Source of the DNA: an uncultured Candidatus Entotheonella sp.
GTDB taxonomy: Bacteria; Tectomicrobia; Entotheonellia; Entotheonellales; Entotheonellaceae
Assembly: GCA_965215335.1 (NCBI GenBank)
Contig: CBDCDA010000002.1
Span: 640,001-704,000 of the forward strand
Length of the DNA: 64,000 nucleotides
Direction: 5' to 3'
The notes below the pieces were generated by a model, which ran no database searches, had not been told where the DNA came from, and was given only the letters and a program-made list of their open reading frames with translations. Below, piece by piece: positions 9,938 through 19,058 of this stretch. Position 1 is the stretch's first letter. Each line of letters starts with the position of its first letter. A program made the position numbers and the translations under genes.

Positions 9938-10711
9938 ATGATGCTCGGCGTGCTCACCCAACTCGGCAGTGTCACCCTGGCGCGGCTCGCCGCTCTCGGA
10001 CGAGCCGCGTTCTTTGTCGGGCGGGTGTTGGGGCTTGTCGTCGCGCCGCCGCTGAAGGGGCGCCTCATCGTGCAGCAGATGCACTTCATCGGTGCACGCT
10101 CGGTGTTGGTCATCGCCCTGACGGGCGCCTTCGCCGGCATGGTGCTGGGCCTGCAGGGTTTTCACGTGCTGACGCGGTTCGGCTCCGAGGCGCTGCTCGG
10201 GCAGTTCGTGTCTCTGACCCTGATTACCGAGTTGGGGCCGGTGTTTTCGGCCCTCATGGTGACGGCGCGGGCAGGCTCGGCGATTGCGGCGCAAATCGGC
10301 ATCATGCGCATTACCGAGCAGCTCGACGCCATGACCGTCATGGCCCTGAACCCGCTGCGCTACGTGGCGGTGCCGAACGTCGTGGCGGGCACCCTCGTCA
10401 TGCCGCTTCTCGGCGCCATGTTTTCGGTGATCGGCATTTACGGCGGCTACGTCGCCGGGGTGCTGATCCTCGGCGTCAACGGTGGCACGTACTTCGGCGG
10501 CATCGAGGACGTTGTCGACCTGCAGGACGTGACCAACGGCATGTACAAGTCCCTGTGCTTCGGGCTTGTCGTGCTGCTCGTCTGTTGTTTCAAGGGCTAT
10601 CACGCGGGATACGGCGCCGCGGGCGTGAGCAAGGCGACCACGGAAGCGGTGGTGATCTCGGCAGTGCTGATCCTGGTGCTGGACTACTTCCTCAACACGG
10701 TGCTGCTGTGA
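9938..10711 (+). CDS. mlaE: MlaE family ABC permease
   Basis: ELGPVFSALMVTARAGSAIAAQIGIMRITEQLDA; GVSKATTEAVV. Confidence 0.92.
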   Translation: MMLGVLTQLGSVTLARLAALGRAAFFVGRVLGLVVAPPLKGRLIVQQMHFIGARSVLVIALTGAFAGMVLGLQGFHVLTRFGSEALLGQFVSLTLITELGPVFSALMVTARAGSAIAAQIGIMRITEQLDAMTVMALNPLRYVAVPNVVAGTLVMPLLGAMFSVIGIYGGYVAGVLILGVNGGTYFGGIEDVVDLQDVTNGMYKSLCFGLVVLLVCCFKGYHAGYGAAGVSKATTEAVVISAVLILVLDYFLNTVLL

Positions 10712-11493
10712 CGGCCGCCGCGCCGCTCATCCGCGCCCAGGGTCTGCGCAAGCGCTTCGGCGCACAGGTGGTGCTGCGGGGCGTGGACCTCGACGTCATG
10801 CCCGGCGAGGTGTTGGCCATTGTCGGCCGCAGCGGCGCCGGCAAGAGCGTGCTGCTGAAAAATCTCATCGGCCTGCTGCAACCCGACAGTGGCTCCGTTG
10901 TGGTGGCGGGCGAGGACCTGCACCGGGCACGGGGACGGCGCCTGTCACGCCTGCGCGAGCGGTTCGGCATGCTGTTTCAGGGCGGCGCGCTGTTCGACTC
11001 GCTCAGCGTCGCCGACAACGTGGCGTTTCCGCTGCGCGAGAAGACGCGGCAGTCAAGGGGTGGACGGGACGAGGCTTGCCAGCCAGTGGCCGAGGTGGTG
11101 ACGGAAATGCTCAGGAGCGTCGGCCTGCAAGGGGTGGACGACAGGTTTCCCGCCGAATTGAGCGGCGGCATGCGCAAGCGGGCCGCTCTGGCGCGGGCGC
11201 TGGCACATCGCCCGGAGATCATGCTGTTCGACGAGCCGACAACCGGCCTGGACCCCATCATGGTGCGGGCCATCCACCGACTCATTGCCGACACCCGACA
11301 GCGTTTTCAGTACACCGCGGTGGTGGTCAGCCACGAGGTGCCAGGAATTTTCGAGATTGCCTCCCGCGTTGCCATGCTGCACGAAGGCGTGTTGTTAGAG
11401 GTCGCTGCGCCGAGCGCCTTCCAGGCGTCCGCCAACCCCGTGGTGCAGCAGTTCATCGCCGGGCGTCTCGAAGGGCCGCTCACGCCTGCGTAG
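10708..11493 (+). CDS. mlaF: MlaF family ABC ATPase
   Basis: GRSGAGKS, LFQGGALFDSL, LSGGMRKR, FDEPTTGLDP; GTGA overlap with mlaE. Confidence 0.92.
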   Translation: MTAAAPLIRAQGLRKRFGAQVVLRGVDLDVMPGEVLAIVGRSGAGKSVLLKNLIGLLQPDSGSVVVAGEDLHRARGRRLSRLRERFGMLFQGGALFDSLSVADNVAFPLREKTRQSRGGRDEACQPVAEVVTEMLRSVGLQGVDDRFPAELSGGMRKRAALARALAHRPEIMLFDEPTTGLDPIMVRAIHRLIADTRQRFQYTAVVVSHEVPGIFEIASRVAMLHEGVLLEVAAPSAFQASANPVVQQFIAGRLEGPLTPA

Positions 11494-11521
11494 CGTTGCC
11501 GGGGGTTCATTTGGGGAGAAG

Positions 11522-11965
11522 ATGATGAAGCGACTTCGTCTTGAAGCGGTCGTCGGCCTGTTCGTCGTCGTGGGGCTGGGCTGCCTGGTGTATCTGTCCG
11601 TGCAACTGGCCAGGGTGCAGCTTTTCGGCGGCAACATGTATACGCTGACGGCCGTCTTTCCAACCGTGTCCGGGCTGCGCAGCGGCGCCTCGGTGGAGAT
11701 CGCCGGAGTGACGGTGGGCCATGTGCAGAGCGTCGAGCTGGACGATTTTGACGCCGTGGTTACCCTGCGGCTGCGCAAGGACGTCCAGCTCAGCAAGGAC
11801 GCGATTGTTTCCATCCGCACGCGCGGGTTGATTGGCGAGAAGTATCTGCGCGTCAGCCAGGGCGCCGACGACCGCATGATTCCGGCGGGCGGGCGGGTAC
11901 GGGAAGTCGAGCCGCCGCTCGACTTCGAGGAGATGATTGCCCAGCTTGTCCAGGGGAAAATTTGA
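11522..11965 (+). CDS. mlaD: MCE-domain protein MlaD (short form)
   Basis: N-terminal TM; GLRSGASVEIAGVTVG; GLIGEKYL. Confidence 0.92.
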   Translation: MMKRLRLEAVVGLFVVVGLGCLVYLSVQLARVQLFGGNMYTLTAVFPTVSGLRSGASVEIAGVTVGHVQSVELDDFDAVVTLRLRKDVQLSKDAIVSIRTRGLIGEKYLRVSQGADDRMIPAGGRVREVEPPLDFEEMIAQLVQGKI

Positions 11966-11966
11966 G

Positions 11967-13406
11967 ATGATCATGATGTCCGGCAGCAGACCGAAACGTG
12001 TCAGGCCGCACGCTACCTTGATGCTCGTGCTTGTCTTTCTGTCCGTTGCGGTGACTGCGGGACCGGCGCTTGCCAGGACGACCGAGCTGCCGGCCGTCAA
12101 GGTGTTGACGCTCGACGAAGCCGTGGCGCTGGCGGTCCGGAACAGCCCGGAAATCAAGGCCGAACAGTTTGCCGTCCTGGTGCGCCAGAGCCAGCGCGCT
12201 CAAGCGGACGCTGCCCGCTTCGCCCAGGTTGACGTAACCGTCGTCGGCGGCCCGTCGCCGCGGGCGCGCGGCAACCAGTTCGAGTCGCCGGATTCCAAAA
12301 ACGCCGTCGCCGTGTCGGGCGTCTTCGGTCTGGCAACCTTCAATGTCGTCCAGCCGCTCTATGCGTTCGGCAAGATCAACAACCTGCGCGCCGCCGCGAC
12401 TCACGGCATGGCTGTCGAGGAAGCCCGCGTGCACCAGAAGGCGACGGAAGTGGCGATGCTGGTGCGCGAGGCGTATTACGGCTATCTGCTGGCCGTCTCC
12501 CTGGAAAATCTGGCCCTGGAGATCGGCGCGCAGCTCGGCGGCACCCTGAAGAAGGTGCGGCGCCAGCTTGACGCCGGGGTGCCGGGCGTGGACAACGTGG
12601 ACCTGCTCAAGCTGCGCACTTTTCAGGGGCAGCTGGAGAAACAGATGAACGACGTCCGCCAGGGCAAGGCGCTGGCGCTGGCGGGCCTGCGCACCTTGAC
12701 GGGGCTGGAGCCGTCGCTGCCCATTCGACTGGCCGATGCCCGGCTGCAGCCGCTGGAACGCCAGGCGCTGCCGCTCGACGCGTCCCTCAGCGATGCGCAG
12801 CGCCTGCGGCCCGAGTTCGTCCAGGCGCGCGAGGGTATTCGGGCGTTCGAGCGCTTGCTGGCAGCGGCCAGGGCCGATTACTACCCGCTGATTTTCGTGG
12901 GGCTGTTCGGCAGCCTGGCGGAGGCCACGAACCGCAGCCGGCTCAGCAACCCCTTCCTCAACGACCCCCTGATGGACGACGTGCTGGCGCCGGTGGTCGG
13001 CATGCGCTGGCATTTCGACCTGGGCGTGACCGCGGCCAAGGTCGACGAGGTGGCGGCCGAGCTCGGCCAGGTGCAGCAGCAGCATGCCCTGGCAGAGCAG
13101 GGCATCCCCTTTCAGGTCCGGCAGGCGCACCTCGAACTGGAACAGCATCAGGCCAACATCACCGCCACCCGCAAGGCGTTTCGCAGCGGGCGCCAGTGGC
13201 TGGTGGCGGCGGTGGCCAATTTCGACCTCGGCGTTGGCGAGGGCAAGGACGTGGCCGAGGCCGCGGTGGCCTACGCGCAATCGCACGCCGCCTACTTTCA
13301 GGCCGTTTACAATTACAACCTCAGCCTTGCCAAGCTCGACCACCGGGCCGGCCGCGACGTCGCCGCGGTGCGCGAGCACTTGCCGGCGGTGCCGCGGGTG
13401 CGGTGA
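11967..13406 (+). CDS. TolC family outer membrane protein
   Basis: Signal peptide, LTLDEAVALA..NSP, two outer membrane efflux repeats. Confidence 0.85.
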   Translation: MIMMSGSRPKRVRPHATLMLVLVFLSVAVTAGPALARTTELPAVKVLTLDEAVALAVRNSPEIKAEQFAVLVRQSQRAQADAARFAQVDVTVVGGPSPRARGNQFESPDSKNAVAVSGVFGLATFNVVQPLYAFGKINNLRAAATHGMAVEEARVHQKATEVAMLVREAYYGYLLAVSLENLALEIGAQLGGTLKKVRRQLDAGVPGVDNVDLLKLRTFQGQLEKQMNDVRQGKALALAGLRTLTGLEPSLPIRLADARLQPLERQALPLDASLSDAQRLRPEFVQAREGIRAFERLLAAARADYYPLIFVGLFGSLAEATNRSRLSNPFLNDPLMDDVLAPVVGMRWHFDLGVTAAKVDEVAAELGQVQQQHALAEQGIPFQVRQAHLELEQHQANITATRKAFRSGRQWLVAAVANFDLGVGEGKDVAEAAVAYAQSHAAYFQAVYNYNLSLAKLDHRAGRDVAAVREHLPAVPRVR

Positions 13407-13430
13407 GGCATGGCGTTTGATGAGCAGCGT

Positions 13431-13466
13431 TCCCTCCCGCCTTGAGGGGAGGGTTGGGGAGGAGGG
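13431..13466. repeat. Degenerate REP-like palindromic element
   Basis: TCCCTCCCGCCTTGAGGGGAGGGTTGGGGAGGAGGG between tolC and mlaC; related copy at 39520-39551. Confidence 0.5.
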
Positions 13467-13478
13467 AAGGACGTGACC

Positions 13479-14093
13479 ATGCTGGGCAGACTGGGGGTCG
13501 GCATCGTGGTTCTGGGCCTGCTGACGGGGGGCGCCGGTGCCGGGGAACCGCTGGAGAAAATTCGCGCCACCGTTGAGGAGGTGCTGGCCGTCCTCGCCGA
13601 CGAAACCCTGCAGACCCCGGAGCGCCAGGCATTGCGCCGCGACAAGCTGCGCCAGGCGGTGTACCAGCGGTTCGGCTTTGCAGAGATGGCCCGGCGCGCC
13701 TTGGGGCGGCATTGGCGGGGCTTGGACGCGAACCAGCAGCAGGAATTCGTCGGGCTGTTCAGCGACCTGCTGGAGCGGTCCTACGTCGGCAAGATCGAGG
13801 GCGCCGGGGCGGGCAGTCAGGTCGCCTACCCCAAGGAAACGATCGATGAGGAGGGCTTCGCCTCGGTTCTGACCGTGATCACCAATCGCCTGGGGTCCCG
13901 GATCGAGGTCGAATACCGCCTGCTGCAGCGCAACGGTAATACGAGCTGGGAAGTGTACGACATCGTCATCGAAGGCGTCAGCCTGATCAACAACTACCGC
14001 ACCCAGTTCAACAACATCATCCATCGAACGTCCTATGACGGCCTCGTGAAGCAACTGCGCCTCAAGAAGGAACAGGAAGAGGCAGCGGATTGA
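13479..14093 (+). CDS. mlaC: MlaC/Ttg2D periplasmic lipid-binding protein
   Basis: FAEMARRALGRHWR; VYDIVIEGVSLINNYRTQF. Confidence 0.92.
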   Translation: MLGRLGVGIVVLGLLTGGAGAGEPLEKIRATVEEVLAVLADETLQTPERQALRRDKLRQAVYQRFGFAEMARRALGRHWRGLDANQQQEFVGLFSDLLERSYVGKIEGAGAGSQVAYPKETIDEEGFASVLTVITNRLGSRIEVEYRLLQRNGNTSWEVYDIVIEGVSLINNYRTQFNNIIHRTSYDGLVKQLRLKKEQEEAAD

Positions 14094-14098
14094 CAAGC

Positions 14099-14785
14099 AT
14101 GACGGCGCCACGATTCAAACCGGCGTTTTTTGATTTCCTGCGTGAACTGAAGGCCAACAACGAGCGCTCGTGGTTCGAGGCCAACAAGGCGCGTTACCAC
14201 GCTGACGTGCGTGACCCGATGCTCGATTTCATCGCCGCCTTCGCCGCGCCGCTCGCCGACGTCAGCCCGCATTTCGTGGCCGACCCGAGGGCCAACGGGG
14301 GATCCCTGTTCAGAATCTACCGCGACACCCGCTTTTCCCCCGACAAGACGCCCTACAAGACCAACGCCGGGGCGCATTTCCGCCACGTCGCCGGCAAGGA
14401 CGCGCATGCCCCCGGCTTCTATCTCCACCTGGAGCCGGACTCGTGTTTTGCCGCCTGCGGCGTCTGGCACCCGGACGGCGAGGCATTGGCCCACATCCGC
14501 AACGCCATCGTCGATGACCCCGCCGGCTGGAAACGCATCACCCGTGTCAAAGCCTTCCGCGACACCTTCACGCTGCCGGAACAATCCCTGAAGCGCCCAC
14601 CGCGCGGTTACGACGCCGGCCATCCCCTGATCGAAGACCTGAAACGCAAAGACTTCATCGCGAGCACGGTATTCCACGAAGCCGATGCCACCCATCCCGA
14701 CTTCCTCCAGCGCTTTGCCCACATCGCGCGCCGCGGCGCCGCGTTTGTCGGCTTCCTGTCGCGTGCGGTCGGGGTGCCGTTTTAG
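14099..14785 (+). CDS. DUF2461 / TIGR02453 family protein
   Basis: FLRELKANNERSWF; FRIYRDTRFSPDKTPYKT. Confidence 0.9.
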   Translation: MTAPRFKPAFFDFLRELKANNERSWFEANKARYHADVRDPMLDFIAAFAAPLADVSPHFVADPRANGGSLFRIYRDTRFSPDKTPYKTNAGAHFRHVAGKDAHAPGFYLHLEPDSCFAACGVWHPDGEALAHIRNAIVDDPAGWKRITRVKAFRDTFTLPEQSLKRPPRGYDAGHPLIEDLKRKDFIASTVFHEADATHPDFLQRFAHIARRGAAFVGFLSRAVGVPF

Positions 14786-14819
14786 GCTGCCCGCGTAGCG
14801 GAACTGACTCGGGCTGTCG

Positions 14820-15194
14820 GGAGCTCAGTTCGCTGATCTTGCCAGGAATCGAGGCGGTGCCACGGCACGCTTGCGCGGTCACCTGTTCGAGCGGGCGTGT
14901 TGGCGATACGGCATCGAGCACCGTCTGATGCAGCCCGACCATCCGTGGACCAACGGGCAGGCCGAGCGCCTGAACCGCACGATCGAGGAGGCCACCGTCA
15001 AGCGTTTCCACGACGAGAGTCATGCCCGACTACGCCGCCACCTGGATGACTTTCTGTCGGCCTGCAACTTCGCGCACCGCCTCAAGACCCTGCAGGGTCC
15101 GATGCCCTACGAATACATCTGCAAGGTCTGGACATTGGAGCCGCAAGGATTCAAAATCGATCCATACCATCAAGTCACGGGACCATACAACTAG
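14820..15194 (+). mobile_element. IS481 family transposase, 3' fragment with right end
   Basis: GAQFADLARNR...GHLFERAC...HPWTNGQAERLNRTI...NFAHRLKTL; ends GGACCATACA; 5' part missing. Confidence 0.8.
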
Positions 15195-15199
15195 CCCCG

Positions 15200-15349
15200 A
15201 GGGTTCCCGCACACGCGGGGATAGACCCCCGACCTGGAAAGTGGCACTATCGGGACGTCCAGGGTTCCCGCACACGCGGGGATAGACCGCGCGGATGCGT
15301 CCCGCCGCCTCACGCTCGCCCAGGGTTCCCGCACACGCGGGGATAGACC
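15200..15349 (+). CRISPR. Orphan type I-E-like CRISPR mini-array, 3 repeats and 2 spacers
   Basis: Identical 28-nt repeats AGGGTTCCCGCACACGCGGGGATAGACC at 15200, 15261 and 15322; 61-nt period; two different 33-nt spacers; CCCGC-ACAC-GCGGG hairpin. Confidence 0.9.
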
Positions 15350-15350
15350 C

Positions 15351-15713
15351 GGTGAGGTCACGGCCGTGCCGGTTCCAGACGCTCGGCCTGAGGAGCCTGG
15401 GGAAAACAGCTTCGCCAGTGCTCGGCGGCGTAGCGGATGAAGGCACGCTGGAAGCTGGCGTGCCACTGGGCGCAGATGGCCAGGGTGAGGACCTCGCTGT
15501 CGGACAAACCGGGGGGGCTACCGGGTCGCCGGGTCTTGAGGGGGGCGTCATGCTGCTGATAGAAGTCATCGACGATGGTGTACAGTACGCTCAGGAAAGT
15601 GCCCAGGCCCAGGGTCATGGTTAGCCTCCTTCCTCTGCCCCAGGCCCGATCCGGGGTTCAGGGCAGGTTGTGGACGCTGTCCGTTATGCCCCTCGCTAAT
15701 TTGCATCGCACGT
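15351..15713 (-). mobile_element. IS982 family element, 5' fragment
   Basis: ORF 15618-15358: TFLSVLYTIVDDFY...RPG...LSDSEVLTLA...; frameshifted continuation FPRLLRPSVWNRHGRDLTG; probable left end ACGTGCGATGCAAATTAG at 15713. Confidence 0.7.
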
Positions 15714-15833
15714 CTTGAGGCGAGCCGGTGGGGGAAGGCCATCGCTGCACAAACGACGCCATTCGATACGTAAATGCTCTGACCGGGAAGAAGGTTTTGT
15801 CATGGGATGGACACACAATGACACGGACGGGGT

Positions 15834-17171
15834 GTAAGCGTTCAGGGGAGCCAAGTGTGCAGGTATCTATTGCATGACGGCCCTATTATGGGCTACGGTC
15901 ACACTCGTTTTTCGCTCTCCCGTTGCCCTTCTCAGGAAGTCCCGAATGGAACCGTCGATACCGCCTGAGTCGCTGTCGCAAACCGATTGGCAGCACACAC
16001 CACCGGCTGTACAAGCCTGTCTCTTCACCCTGCACCAACGCCTGGCCCAACTCCAGGAACAAATCGACCAACTCCAAAAGCGCTTGCAACGCACGTCCAA
16101 GACATCCGACAAACCACCCTCGTCGGATTCACCCTTCCAAAGACCTGTCAGCAAGCAAGACAAGCCCCCAGGCAAACGGGGCGCACGAATGGGCCATCCT
16201 GGGTCAGGCTCCAGATTGCGCCGTCCCACCGAGCGGCGGGCCATCCATCCCGGACCTTGTGCCTGCGGCCAGGGCGTACTTGGCCAGACAGCGCCGTATC
16301 ACCTCCATCAGGTCATGGAGTTGCCACCCATGGCGTTGCACGTCACCCACTGGGTCTTGCGCCAAGGCCGATGTTCAGGCTGTGGCCGGCTGCTCAAGGC
16401 CCGCCTCCCCAAGGCGCAGCAAACCGGCCATGGCCCGCGTCTGACGGCCTTGATTGGCGAACTCAGTGCCATGCACCGCATCTCCCGGCGCGGCGTACAG
16501 GATTTCTGTCGCTCGGTGTTGGGTGCGCCAAATCAGCCTGGGGGCGATTCGGCGTCCGGGTCTTTGATCAAGGATTGGCGCGGCATCCTGGTCAGTGACG
16601 GCTACGGGGTGTATCAAGCCTGGGGCAATGCTCGTCAGACCTGCTTGGCGCATCTCATTCGCCGTGCCCGGGAGTTGTCGCAGCGACAGGTTCCTGGCCT
16701 TGCTGCCTGTGGCAAGGCGGTCCTGCAGGAACTCCAGCGTTTGTGTCAGATGGCTCACGCGCCGCCAAGTGGGGGGCAATGGCAGGCATGGTATGCGCGG
16801 TTGTGTCGTCTGATGAAACGCCATGGGCTGCGCCCTGATGATGGCGGTCGTCTGGTGAGGTGCTTACGGCGCGAGTTGGGTTCGTTGTGGGTGTTTCTCA
16901 ACGAGTCGGGAGTTGAGCCGACCAACAACCGGGCGGAGCGCGCCTTGCGCTTTGGTGTGTTGTGGCGCAAGAGTTCCTTGGGTACGGCGAGTATCAAGGG
17001 CAATGCCTGGGTGCAACGGAGTCTGTCGCTGCGTCAGACATGTCGGCAACTGGAACAATCGACCTTCTCGGTGTTGGTTGACGCCCTTGAGGCGTTCATG
17101 CACGATCGTCCGCCTGACCTCTCTTGGCTCTATGATAACCCCTCCCATTGCACGGCCCTCTGAACGCTTAC
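15834..17171 (+). mobile_element. Single-ORF IS66 family element, copy 1, internally deleted
   Basis: TIRs GTAAGCGTTCAG / CTGAACGCTTAC; near-identical to 33854-35380 but 189 bp shorter; flanks GACGGGGT and GATCCGCA do not match. Confidence 0.93.
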
Positions 17172-17881
17172 GATCCGCAGTACGTACTTCCTCTTCGATA
17201 TTGGCACGGTTGGACATGACGGTGGTGACGTGGCCGCCAAGGATGTCGTGCACATAGCGCAACCGCGCCGGGTTCACGTCCAGAATGCTCACGTAGGCGC
17301 CGATGCCGACGGCCACCTGACAGGCACTCGCGCCGGCAATGCCAGCCCCGAGAATGACCACGTGTCCGGGCTTCACGCCGGATGCGCCGCTCAGCAAGAC
17401 GCCCCGCCCGCCGTTTTGGGCTTGCAGGCTCCAGGCCCCGACTTGAATCGCCAGCCGTCCGGCCACTTCGCTCATCGGCGCCAGCAACGGCAACGAGCCG
17501 TCCTCCAACTGAATGATTTCATACCCAAGCGCTGTCACCTGGCGATCCAGCAGCAGCCGGGATCAGCCGGGTGAGTCGTTCTTTGGCGGCGAGGTGGAGG
17601 TAGGTGAAGAGGATCAGGCCGGGCCGCAAAAACGGGTACTCAGCGGCCAGCGGCTCTTTGACCTTGAGGATGAGGTCGGCCTGCGTCCAGACGTCTTCGG
17701 CGGAATCCTGAATACGAGCCCCGGCCGCGGCATATGCCTCGTCCGAGAGGCTGCTCCCGGCCCCGGCCTGCGTTTCGATCACAACGCGGTGACCGTGCGC
17801 CACCAAGGCGGCGACGCCGCTGGGCGTGATGGCGACACGATTCTCCTCGGCTTTGATTTCCTTGGGAATACCGAGCATCAT
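17172..17881 (-). pseudogene. ald: Alanine dehydrogenase, frameshifted and truncated by IS66
   Basis: GIPKEIKAEENRVA, KVKEP, FTYLHLA, LLAPMSEVAGR; frameshift near 17560; ends at EEEVRTAD against the IS66 end. Confidence 0.92.
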
Positions 17882-17963
17882 GAGGTTTTTCCTATCAGCG
17901 ATTTACATCGAAGGCATGCTTGGCGTGTCTTGACGGCAAGCACGAAGGCGGTGTGGGACGCCT

Positions 17964-19043
17964 CTAACTCGCGCCGCCGACGGCGAGGCCGCTGGTCTGG
18001 CGGCGTGGGGTGCGCTGGTGCCAGTAAACGAGCAACGGACTGGCGATGAAGAGGGTCGAGAAGGTCCCGGCAATGACGCCGACGAGCAGGGCGAAGGCAA
18101 AGCCGCGGATGACCTCGCCGCCGAGGAGGAGCAGGGACACGATGACGATGAGGGTCAGGCCCGAGGTGAGGACGGTACGGCTGAGGGTTTGATTGAGGCT
18201 TTCGTTGACGACCGTCGGAAAGTTGTCCCAGCGGCGGCTGCGCATGTTTTCGCGCACGCGGTCGAAGATGACGATGGTGTCATTCAGGGAGTAGCCGATG
18301 ATGGTCAGCAGCGCCGCCACCACCTGCAGGTCGAATTCGCGGTTGAAGATCGACAGCAGACCCACGGTGACGAGCACATCGTGATACACGGCGACCAGCG
18401 CCGCCAACGCGTAGTGCAGCCGCAGCAGCAGGCTGAATACCGTCGTGACGGCCAGGGCGACGACGATCAGGACGGTGGGGGAGACATTGGGCAGCCACTG
18501 CATGATGGGGTACGTCACGATGAAAATGGTACCCGCCAGGGCGAGCGAGATGAGCCACTTGGCCTCAAAGCGTCCGGACAGATAGATCACGATGCCCAGC
18601 ACGGCGTAAAACAGGGCGAACAGCGCCTTGCGTCGCAAATCCGCGCTGACCTGCGGTCCCACCACCTCCACCCGCAGAATTTCCACCTGATGCTGCGGGA
18701 ACTTCTGCTGCAAGACTTCCTGCAGCTGCACCGCGGTGTTGGACATGTCCGCGTTCGATTGCGCGACCCGAATCAGCACTTCGGCGTTGCTGCCGAAATG
18801 CTGCACGATGCTTTGCTCCAGACCCACCGGCGCCAGCGCCTCGCGCACCACGCCGAGTTCCACGTCTTGCCCGAAACCTAGGTGCAGCAGGGTGCCGCCG
18901 CTGAAGTCGATACCCTGTTTCAGGCCGCCGTGCAGCGCGATGGAGCCCAAGCCAAGAAGGATGACGACCACGGAGGCGATGACACAGACCTTGGTCTTTC
19001 CGATGAAATCGATGCGGAGTCCGCTGGGGATCAATTCGAGCAT
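17964..19043 (-). CDS. secF: Protein translocase subunit SecF
   Basis: GIDFSGGT, VGPQVS, IGYSLNDTIVIFDRVREN. Confidence 0.95.
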   Translation of the reverse strand: MLELIPSGLRIDFIGKTKVCVIASVVVILLGLGSIALHGGLKQGIDFSGGTLLHLGFGQDVELGVVREALAPVGLEQSIVQHFGSNAEVLIRVAQSNADMSNTAVQLQEVLQQKFPQHQVEILRVEVVGPQVSADLRRKALFALFYAVLGIVIYLSGRFEAKWLISLALAGTIFIVTYPIMQWLPNVSPTVLIVVALAVTTVFSLLLRLHYALAALVAVYHDVLVTVGLLSIFNREFDLQVVAALLTIIGYSLNDTIVIFDRVRENMRSRRWDNFPTVVNESLNQTLSRTVLTSGLTLIVIVSLLLLGGEVIRGFAFALLVGVIAGTFSTLFIASPLLVYWHQRTPRRQTSGLAVGGAS

Positions 19044-19058
19044 GATGAATGAACCTGT

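Noticed and set aside
15228..15321. CRISPR spacers targeting sequences in this window
   Set aside because: No match noticed by eye; an alignment is needed to exclude imperfect matches
15200..17171. Array plus adjacent transposases as a CRISPR-associated transposon or RNA-guided system
   Set aside because: Neighbours are ordinary IS481, IS982 and IS66 DDE remnants; no TnsABC/TniQ, TnpB/IscB or Cas motifs
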